A DNA stretch of 64,000 nt. Origin: Callorhinchus milii. Taxonomy: Eukaryota. Shown piece after piece: positions 23,834-33,100 of the stretch. The DNA is taken from positions 123,754,001 through 123,818,000 of the forward strand of contig NW_024704742.1 of assembly GCF_018977255.1 (NCBI RefSeq), read 5' to 3'. Made by a program: the position numbers and the translations under genes. The stretch's first letter is position 1; every line of letters begins with the position of its first letter. A model generated the notes under the pieces. The model did no database searches. It had not been told where the DNA came from and was given only the letters and a program-made list of their open reading frames with translations.

Positions 23834-26086
23834 GCTAAACTAATCCCTTCTGAACAAACTGAAAATATCTGTTAGCATCGGGAAATCTCTTACTTAAACT
23901 TTTTAGACACTATTAGCCTGAACTTCCCCTTTTTACCAACTCTGTAATAATCAAAGCCCATAGGATTTTGGGCTTATCTTGTCACTCCCAAAAAAAACAT
24001 ATATGTGCTGCCCCCCGAGATGCACACACAGAATAATCAGACTAGTTGCCAATCTAGTACTGTATTAAAATCAGGTGGCCTTTTGAAAATAGAAACTGAT
24101 GGATTGAATGTTCATAATCGGTTTTGAATTGTACCAATCATAAGAGTTTTAATTAGATTAATTCACCCAGTGGTCATTTTTTGTGGTGTGAAAGAGAGTG
24201 GTTATGGTCTGGAATGCACTGCCTGAAAAGGGCGGTGGAAACATATCAACTATCAAAACTATCAAAAGGGAATTGGATAGGTACTTGAAGAGGAAAAATT
24301 TGCAATGATATGGGATAGAAAAGGGCAGTGGGACTGATTAGGTAGCTCTTCCAAAGAGCTGGCACAGGCACGATGGACCGAATGGCCTCCTTCTGTATTG
24401 TAATATATGATTCTGTGATTTTATTATCTAAATCCACAATTCAATCTTTCTCTCTATACAAACTTAACTATGCAGTGAAGCACCCTTTCCTGTTCCAACT
24501 TTCATCCCTCTGCTTTTGTCCCATTCCATGATTCTGTGACATTGGATATGTCACTGATTGTACCTGGGCCCAATAAATAAAGCACAGAAATAGGGTGACA
24601 AACGTATCTCATTTGAAGTTATTTTGAGTTTGAATGTTTATATAATGCTGTTAGTCAGATGCCTGCTTTATTTAGAATATGTAACGTTCATATTACATAG
24701 ATTAATCAATTTCCAATGAGTTCAATCAATTTTCAAATGCAGCTGTTGGAGTTTAAATTAACTTATTGTTATTATTGTTACAGGCTATAAATGGGACTAC
24801 GTTATATTGTCAACGGTCCGGTCACTTCCTTTTTCAGAAATAGAAAACAGACCAAGCAAATCATGGTTACAAAACAATCTTGGTAGTTTAACAGACTCAT
24901 ACCAACTCAATGCTGTTCTTACAAAAGCAAAGAACGGCCTGTGTATAATAGGTAAGAAAGTAATCTTACTTTTGATTGTGCTTACGGTCACCTCCCTCCT
25001 CCCTTGACTCGTTGTCAGACTCCGCCACTGTGAAGCGCTCCGGTACGCTAGCCGGTGTGAAGGGCACTATATAAATGCAAGTTGTTATCACAAGAACCGT
25101 ATAAATGGATAGGCCAGGTGATTTAATCCTTCCAGAGTATCTACCCTACTGCCTTCCAGTTTTGCAATAAATCTGTTTCTTGAATTAACTGAGTGTCCTT
25201 ACCACTATAATCCTTCTTACTAGCCTAATCTATTTTATGTAGGATATCCCATGAAGAAGTAAAAGGCAATTAGGAAAGAGCCAATGAAATAAAGACAAAT
25301 ACAAAAGGACACTGGAATTGGGACAAATTGGAGTGTTCTGAGTTGAGAATACAAAGAAATTTACTAACACCTGAGTTTTGATAGAGAATTATTACAATTT
25401 CTCCTTCATGATAGAAAATACTTCCTATTGTAGATCTTGAAATTGACCTTCACAGCCCCTAAGCCTGTGCTGCCTGGCCTGCTGCCTTGGTATATATGAA
25501 AGAAAGCTTGTGAGTTCAAACCCCACATTGGGAATTTGAACTCGTAGCTTAGTTGACACTCCAATGTAATGTTGGGGGAGCATTGCATGGTCTGAGGAGC
25601 CATCGTTTGGATGAGACATTAAGGCTAAGTTCCTGTCTGCCTGCTCAGATGCACATTGAAGAACCCATGTCCTCACGTGGGGCTTGAATCCACTTTTTAA
25701 GTTACTAAAATATTACTTCCTGTTGTATTTTTTTCACTTCCTATGAACTGGTGTCTGACCTCTATTTGATAAGTGTCTACAGTGTCATGATTAAAGTTAG
25801 ATGTGCAGTGTTTGGAAATCACAGGTGAAAATGTTGTTTAGGATTGTGGCAAGAAATTAGCAACACTGATCCGGGCACCCAAAGTTGAGATGATTTAGAA
25901 GACAGCCACAACTACAAATATGTAATTACTTTATATTGTATTTATTCAGGCAACCAGAATTTACTGAGGTGCCATCCTCAGTGGAAGAGACTTCTGGAAT
26001 ATTATGAAACAAGGATTTTGTCTGCAAAACTAAAAAGGCAATACTTTCAATTGCCTGTGCACTTTAACAGAACAAAATTTGTCTGA
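7814..26086 (+). CDS. helz2-like: HELZ2-like protein: RNB (RNase II family) 3'-5' exoribonuclease plus one degenerate UPF1-like SF1B helicase domain; 12 coding exons, about 1590 aa
   Basis: Hand-built join, all GT-AG and phase-compatible: 7814-10950, 11587-11672, 12396-12524, 14458-14616, 14712-14850, 15618-15746, 18988-19180, 20249-20383, 21059-21265, 22737-22890, 24784-24951, 25950-26086 (4773 nt, ends TGA). RNB motifs: FTIDDKGSKDIDDAISV, IGIHIADVS, IEELMILAN, YTRFTSPIRRYMD. SF1B motifs: LNKTQSNAV, QAPPGTGKN, CGPSNKSVD, ILCTC, GDHKQ, TPYQAQV, WDYVILSTVRS, GLCIIGNQNLL. RNB followed by a UPF1-like helicase is the HELZ2 architecture. Confidence 0.88.
11739..12260 (+). repeat. Unclassified interspersed repeat
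   Basis: Start GTCAGCTGGGTGTCTGACACATGCAGAAACCCATC recurs at about 14965, 37150 and 49015 (+) and 23400-23430 (-). The segment GAGCTGAATGGGAAGAGTCCTTGC recurs at about 32742. Confidence 0.65.
12808..13900 (-). mobile_element. Decayed L2 LINE (RT fragment plus tail) in HELZ2-like intron 3
   Basis: Minus-strand peptides LVKVTNN...LLILPDLSATFNIVDH and FDPQLSF; L2 tail at about 12808-12865. Confidence 0.85.
16400..17430 (-). mobile_element. Decayed L2 LINE RT fragment in HELZ2-like intron 6
   Basis: Minus-strand ORF with [21 protein letters not shown]...FHMYTDGTQLY. Confidence 0.9.
21306..22282. mobile_element. Tigger/pogo-like non-autonomous DNA transposon with a SINE fragment inserted at about 22080-22240
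   Basis: Termini TA|CAGTGGAA and TTCCACTG|TA. A homologous copy starts at 50632. Confidence 0.65.
23500..23833 (+). mobile_element. tRNA-derived SINE with an L2-like 3' tail and (TTA)n end
   Basis: A box TAGCTCAGTGG, B box GTTCAATTCC, Deu-type core TGTTTGTGGGACATTGCTGTGCGCAATTGGCTGC, tail GCGCTTTGGGACGTCCTCCCGACGTGAAAAGCGC. Confidence 0.9.
24170..24420 (+). mobile_element. CR1 3' fragment
   Basis: TGGAATGCACTGCCTGAAAAGGGCGGTGG...GGACCGAATGGCCTCCTTCTG tail. Confidence 0.7.
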
Positions 26087-26998
26087 ATCAGGGCCTTAGA
26101 TGCCTTGTAGTAATCAGATTTCGGAATTTAAAATTATGTTTATTTTATTCCAATGTTTAATTCTTTATTGTTGCTTTTGCTGAAAAGTTCTGCAATTCTC
26201 TTTTTAATAAGTTGGGATATTTAAGGAATGTTAAAATATGTAAATATTTCTCAACGTTTAAAGAATTTCTAAGTATTGATTAATTATCTATCTTCTTGTA
26301 CAAAGGAAACAAATTAATATAGCCATGCTTTAAATATAGACAAATTTAAATGTATATTTTAAAAATATCAGCCCATTTGTAATTTAGATTCTCATAACTA
26401 TTTTCCAAAAGAATTGTTTTCATGAAAAATTTGAAATTTATATAAATTGATTCTCTATTGTAATATTTGTATTATGATTGAAATTCAGAGGTTGCCTTGA
26501 TTTATCTATAAATGTTGAGATTAGAAACAATGTCACTTATATCAAAGTCCTGGAGCTCAAACAATGCTTGGTGAATGTTGGGACCATATCTTTACAATAA
26601 CTTGCATTCATATGATGCCCATCACATAGGATAATGTCTTTAATGTGCATTCACAAGATGGGGGTCAAACATCAAGGAGGGAAGGGGTGTCACCCCGGGA
26701 AAAACCTCCAGGAAGTATTTGTTCAATAAGTTTGCTATCTCCTGTTCATTCTCTTTTTCAACCTCCTTTGAGCCCCTGAGAATTTTGACATCTGTTTATT
26801 GTTTATAATATTGAAAGAAATGCCCAGTTAAAGAATCATCACATTAAACCAGTCTTTCTACTAACAAGTTAGTATTTTTCAAAGCTGTTAGGAAACTTTC
26901 CTAAGATTCTTTCAAGGAGTATTTTACTTCTGTTATTTCACATTGTGTGCTTTATTCCTAAATGTGTATTACTTAAATCTATATTAATTCAATAATGT

Positions 26999-27322
26999 GG
27001 AGTCCTGTAGCTCAGTGGTTAGAGTACTCGCTTTGCAAGCGAGAGACCTGAGTTCAATTCCAGGCAGGGCGAAACCTTGGGCAAGTTTCCTTACTCCACA
27101 CGCCTAATAATAATCCCTCCAAAAAACCCAAAACAATAATAAACAATAACAAAATTGATCATTTTCAATCTACGACTGTTTGTGGGACATTGCTGTGCGC
27201 AATTGGCTGCTGCGTTCGCCCACAAATATACAGTCAATTCACTTTAGTGTGTTCTGTGAAGCGCTTTGGGACGTCCTCCCGTCGTGAAAAGCGCTATATC
27301 AAATGCAAGGATTATTATTATT
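26999..27322 (+). mobile_element. tRNA-derived SINE, same family as 23500
   Basis: Near-identical head, core and tail. Confidence 0.9.
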
Positions 27323-28157
27323 ATATATATATTTACATTGACTATTACTTGCTTTCCCAATATAATGTTTGTGTACCAAAGAGACTATTTATTGAAATAT
27401 TAGTTATTGACATTTTTTGGACCAATGTTTGCATTGCATAAGGTTTGCATTATTGGGCCTTATTAAAGACTTCACTCCTTCAAGATTATTTCACCTGAAG
27501 ATCAGCTAAATATATTATATAATACATATTATCTTTACAATTGATTTAGTGGATCATGTAGGTGATGCAAGTCAAAACACTTCACAGGATTTTACTGTGA
27601 AGTGTAGTTGCTGTGTATTTGTAGGCTAGCGGGCAGCCAGTTTGTGCACTGCAAGGTCCCACAAACCACAAACAAAGTGGGTGACCTTTTTTATTTGGGG
27701 TATTGTTGACAAGGACATCGGAAGAAACTCCCTTCTTTTTTCAATAGTACCATGGCATCTTTGAAGTCAAGTTGCATTAGCAAATGGCACTTGCTTAACA
27801 TCTCATCTGAAGACAGCATCTCTGACAATGAGCACACCCAGCCATCACTATGCAAAAGTGTCAGCCTAGACTGTGAGGTTAATGTCCTTCCTGAATCTCT
27901 TGAACTTTGACTCAGCCGTCTGAGTTCAACCAACTGAGCCAGGTGGACACATTTCATAAGCATTGTCATCTTATGTAAATTATGTATATACTCATTTAAA
28001 GAAAAGTTCAGAAAGTCTTTCTAAATTATGACAACTGGTGGCAACTAATCTGAGTTAGCTAAACTATTTACACGTTTTTTACATGTCTCCTCTTGACCGG
28101 TTTTGAACATGCCATCTCCGTTCTCCAAACGCTTCAAATGCTGTCACTGCCCCAGGA

Positions 28158-28400
28158 GAGCTCACACTGGCTGTGTTGGGGAGCTCTCACTTGCTGCGTC
28201 AGGATGGGGGCTCACACTGGCTGCGTTGGGCAGGGGGCTCACACTGGTTGTGTCGAGGAGAGGGGAGGTCACACTGGCTGTGTTGGGGGAGGGGGCTCAC
28301 ACTGGTTGTGCCGAGGAGAGAGGGCGACACACTGATAAGTGTCGGGGAGAGGGGGCTCACACTGGCTCTGTCGGGGGTGGGGGAGGGGAGCTCACACTCC
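28158..28400. repeat. G-rich minisatellite, about 9 units of roughly 23-34 bp
   Basis: Core GGGGCTCACACTGGYTGTGT repeated with variable purine spacers. Confidence 0.85.
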
Positions 28401-28649
28401 AAGTGCTCTGACTCGCTACCCTGCAGGAGGGCGCAATATAAACGCAGGTTATCCTTACTCCACACACACACACGCCTCTGTAAGCAGTAAGTAGAAACCC
28501 AGTTATTAGTTGATTGGTGGATCGCTTTTCCGAGGGGAATAATCCCCTCAAAAAAATTAATAATATGGTCACTCATACCATGACTGTCTGTGGGACATTG
28601 TTGTGTGCAATTGGCTGCTGCATTTTGCCCACAAAATATACAATTACTA

Positions 28650-29290
28650 CAACAGCAAATTACACTTATGTAGCACCCCAGGTCCTGGAAAGTCAGGGGT
28701 ATTGGACCAGAGCTGGGAGTTGGGATCAGGAAATGTGGGGGGCAGGGGGGGTGGGAGGGCGGTCGAAGGCATGGTCAAAGAGCAAGGTCTTAAGACTGGA
28801 TTTGAAGGAGGCAACAGAGGGGGTGAGGCGGAAGGATTGCAGGAGAGTTCCAGAGTGTGGGGGCAGAGATACCGCCAATGGTGGGGCAGGAAGTGCGGAG
28901 GTCTTGAAGCAGGCTGGTGTCCACTGAGAGAGGGAGCGGACAGGCTGATATGGGGTTAGGTGGTCACAGTGGTAGGGGGGGGGGAGCAAAACCATGGAGG
29001 GCTTTGAAGGTGAGAACGAGATTCTCTGAGGGATGGGGAAGAAAGGGGGTGATAGGTTCCCGGAGCCTGGTGCGGGTGAGGACACGAGCTGCAGAGTTCC
29101 GAATAATCCGCATCTTGTGGAGGGAAGAGTTGGGAAGTCTAGCGAGCAGGCAGTTGGCGAGGTCGAGCCGGGACATGATGAAAGCACGGATCCGGGTCTT
29201 GGCGGGCAACTTTGCGGAGGTGGGGAAAGGCGGAACGGGTCACGGCTTTGAAGGGTAGCTGAGGGTCGAAAAGGGCACCGAGTTTCCGTG
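28650..29290 (-). mobile_element. L2 3' fragment
   Basis: Minus-strand peptide AFIMSRLDLANCLLARLP...NSAARVLTRTR...FKALHGFAP. Confidence 0.85.
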
Positions 29291-29369
29291 TTGGCTCAGC
29301 TCACTTTACACTTGGAAGACGTGATAAGGCGCTGTCTCAAATGCAATATTATTATTACATATAAATAAA

Positions 29370-29730
29370 GCCCTCCAATGGCCTCGCCCCACCCAACCTC
29401 CGCGACCTCCTAACCCCCTACCAACCCGCCCGCTCCCTCCGCTCAGCCGGCTCCGGCCGGCTCCACGTCCCCCGACCCACCCGCCCCACCATTGGCGGGA
29501 GAGCCTTCAGCCACTCTGCCCCCAACCTCTGGAACTCCATCCCCCAGTCACTCCGCCTCGCCCCCTCCTCAGCCTCCATCAAGTCCCGCCTCAAGACCCT
29601 CCTCTTCGACCATACCATCGGCCACCCCAGCTCGGGTCTGAAATGCTGTACACCGTCCAGCGCCTGGGGACGTCCTCCCGACGTGAAAGGCGCCATACAC
29701 ATGTCATCTTGTTGTTGTTGTTGTTATTAT
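29370..29730 (+). mobile_element. L2 3' fragment ending about 220 bp upstream of the DHX29 ATG
   Basis: AAAGCCCTCCAATGGCCTCGCCCC...CTCTGGAACTCCATCCCC...CAGCGCCTGGGGACGTCCTCCCGACGTGAAAGGCGC then (TTG)n. Confidence 0.88.
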
Positions 29731-29739
29731 TAAGTAGTC

Positions 29740-30135
29740 GCTGCTGCTGCTGCTGCTGCTGTTGTGGCGGTGGTGGTGGTGGGGGCGCTCGCGCTCCAAC
29801 TGTCAACCGCCGTCCTCGGGTCCGCTGTCGTCACTTCCGGCAGCTCGACCTCGCCGCTCTCCGCCGGCGCGAGGGCGGCGCCTGCGCCCTGCGGTCTAAC
29901 AGCCGCCGGTTCAGTGCGAGGAGGAGGGCTGCCGCTGCCGCTGCCGCACATGGGGGGTAAGAAGAAAAGGAAATCCGAGCCTCTGCCGCCGCCGGGGCCC
30001 AGCGGTCAGGCTCCGGAAGGGGCCCAGCAACCGTCGGATGGCAAAAAGCAAACGCCGCGGCCTCCTGTCGCCAGAGTGGCCGCTAAAGAGAGCAAAGGTA
30101 AAGCGAGTGGTGAGTCCCCGCGGAGGGAGGGTTGG
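29740..30135 (+). promoter_or_regulatory. CpG-rich promoter/5' region of DHX29 with an ETS-half-CRE composite site
   Basis: GC/CpG-rich stretch around the ATG. CGTCACTTCCGG at 29829-29840 (reverse complement CCGGAAGTGACG) is an ETS/GABPA core overlapping a half-CRE, typical of housekeeping promoters. Confidence 0.65.
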
Positions 30136-33100
30136 GAGGGCCGCCCCCTCACACACACACACACACAGGGTATCCTGTCCGGTGTGACAGGGTGAGGAGA
30201 TAATATTCATTTAAACGATAGATGAATATGTTGGGCATCCACAAAACCCAAATAAGAACCCGCGCTGGGAATTGCATAGGGTCTCATAGGGCATACATCA
30301 GGCACTGTGTGTGTGTGTGTGTGTGTGGACCAATAATCGTCTTTGCATTTTGCATCTGATAATAAAAAAATATACGAACAGTACAATAAGATGCGGTTTT
30401 TACACTCCTTCCCCACACACTGTGCTGCTTTTTGCATAATAATCCTTGCATTTGATACAGCCCCTCATCTCGTCTTCGAGGCATCTAAAAGCGCCTCACG
30501 GGATATACTGTAAAGTGAAGGGATTTGTATTTTTTGTGGGTGAAACGCGGCAGCCAATTGCGCACAGCGGTATCCCACAAAAGGTTGTGGATTGAACTGA
30601 CCAAATTATTATTTTTTTCCGAAGGGATTATTACCCTGGAAAGCTGTCCGCCAATTAACTAACAACCATGTTCCTATTTATTTTCCACGGTGAATCGAGG
30701 TGTGTGGAGTAAGGAAACTTGCCTCAGGTTTTGGCAATAGTAGTGCCAGGTGAATGCTTTCTGGGTTGCATTTAATAATGCAGCTTTTCTGTGCTTTCTT
30801 TAGGTCCAAAGACTTACAGCTTTGGTGCGACATCCAGAAATGAAGCAAGCGGAAATTTGGACAAATCCGCCATCAAGGTGATTTCAGGCAAAGATGCAAA
30901 AACTCATGCTTGCTGTTTAATTTTTTCGTGTATTACATACAATAAAACTCACATTGGCTTATCTTTATAAATCGTATATTCACCCAAGTCCCATCAGTTT
31001 ACTATCAGAACGACTTAGATTTCTTTACACTACATGTATTACCTCCTAACTCATCATACCGCTCCCTTACCCTCCATTACTCTCATGCTTACTGGAGGCC
31101 TTACCCATTGACGCAAGGGTGACAATAAGGACAAAGGATACTGCTGAATTGAATCACGAGAAACATAGTCTTCATCCATTGAGGTGTGCGCAGAAGAACT
31201 TCATTTCCTGCGATTCCAAAGTTTTAAGTGGGCATGCGGTGAAGGGTGAATACTCAACTAGTTGTGGGAAATGTAGTCTTACCTGTCACCACATGGGCAC
31301 TTACGAGCTGCATTAAATTACACATGTGCAGTGTGGATTATTGAAAATAAATTGGTGACTTCAATCCACGACTGTTTGTGGGACACTGCTCCACGCAATT
31401 GGCTACCGTGTTTCGCCCACAGAACTACAATCAATTCACTTTACAGTATATTCTGTGAAGCACTTTGAAACGTCTCGAAGATGTGATAAGACACTATATC
31501 AAAATGCGAGGATTATTATTATTAAATCGGATTTTCTATGACTTCTACAGTTTGTCGGACTTCGTGTAAGTCGTATTTAACGTTATGGTCCTGACTAATC
31601 CAACTTATTTGAGTTTTACTGTATTGGGCTTGCACTGGTGTAGAGGGGGCAACCAGCTCCAAAGTTAGCAATAATTCAAGGGTACATACAAAACTTGACT
31701 AGTTCATTGACTCTTTCTGGGGAAGTCCTTTGAACTTCTAAAGGTATGACTAAAATTGGAAATCTGTTGCAAACCATCATTTGAGGGTGGTGGGGGGTTG
31801 GGGGTCAGAAGTGAACTACATTGTCTTTGGCTAAGTTTTGGCAGTTGAGAGTTATTAGAGCTATACATGAAATTTTTTCTATGTTTTGGATGTGCATTTT
31901 CGTCTGTGAAACTATATCCTTGTAGAATAAAACTTCTTCAACACATTAACCATGTGTAATAGTCTCTCCCAAAATAATATTCTTTTTCCATACATTTCAT
32001 ATTTTTAGCACCATAAAATGTGCAGATCGTGGGCCTGTAATACAATGCAATTTGTTTATACAGTGCCTTTTTACTAACTACTAATATACAGTCAATTCAC
32101 TTTGCAGTATATTCTGTGAAGCGCTTTGAGACGCCTCAAAGACGTGATAAAGAGCTATGTCGAATTGAAGGATTATTATTACTAATATATTATGCACTAT
32201 ATGTAATATGTCTCTTTTGGATGGAAGAATGTAATGTAAATAATTGTTCATTTTCTGTTTTTTTTTTCAAAAGGTGCTCATTGAACCTGAGTTGGAGCAA
32301 AGAATTATAAGATTAATCAATCAATTTAAAAAGGAACAATGCTGGTCTGGGACAATTTCTGGCAGGCTAACAGCTAAAAAACTACAGGTAACATAATTTG
32401 TCTTCCTTTTTCTAGTATTGCAAGGGCTTCAAGCACTTTAATCAAAAGGATTGTACCTAGTTTCCCAATAACATATAATTTGAGTATGATGCACATCATG
32501 TGTATCAAATGTAAGGATTATTCTTACTTCACATATAGTTTAGATATTATAGTTGTGTTTTCTTTGAATTGATGTTAGCTTGACTATCGTACTCCTATTC
32601 AGATATATTTCAATAACCTTTGGTCTACAACCCAGAAAAAATGCTGTTACTTTTTAATCAGTAATTCTTTCCTCCTCACCTAAAGGAGAGCAAATATTTT
32701 AATTTCCAGTACTTGATATACAAAGCAGAAAAAAATTACAGGAGCTGAATGGGAAGAATCCTTGCTACCAGTGACTGGTCTGTCCTTCCAAGTCCATGCG
32801 CCAATGTGCCATGCTGGTTGGGCTGTCATCAGCAGTGCCCTGGTTGATGACAGGAAATGGGCTACCGAGACCATCACAGATGGTTGGCTCTCTACAAAAC
32901 TTGATAGGCATAGAAGAAGATTGATGGTGGATTTTGAGGAGATGTGGATTAGCAGCAAATGTGTTGAAGCCAATGTTAATTGCATTTCATATGATCTTCT
33001 TAAAGCTGTTTCAGCTGTGCTCTTTGGCTTTGTCGTGCAAACCTTCAGATATAGTGGCTTTGAATAGTGTTGTCATTGTTTATGTCTATAAACATTGCCT

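Noticed and set aside
12396..26086. Calling the HELZ2-like gene a pseudogene
   Set aside because: No stops or frameshifts over 4773 nt and all splice sites are canonical. The changes cluster in ATP motifs rather than randomly. Expression is still unverified.
28093..28576. Short ORFs with repeated AHTGCV motifs, and a possible CRISPR-like array
   Set aside because: These are translations of a minisatellite. The spacers are not unique or uniform, there are no cas genes, and the DNA is vertebrate.
29643..29960. 105-aa ORF with poly-Leu/Cys/Gly/Ala runs overlapping the DHX29 start
   Set aside because: It is a translation of the L2 tail and the trinucleotide tract, and its ATG is inside the L2, probably upstream of the TSS.
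30150..30326. Complementary (CA)n and (TG)n tracts in DHX29 intron 1
   Set aside because: Short, common microsatellites with no evidence of functional pairing.
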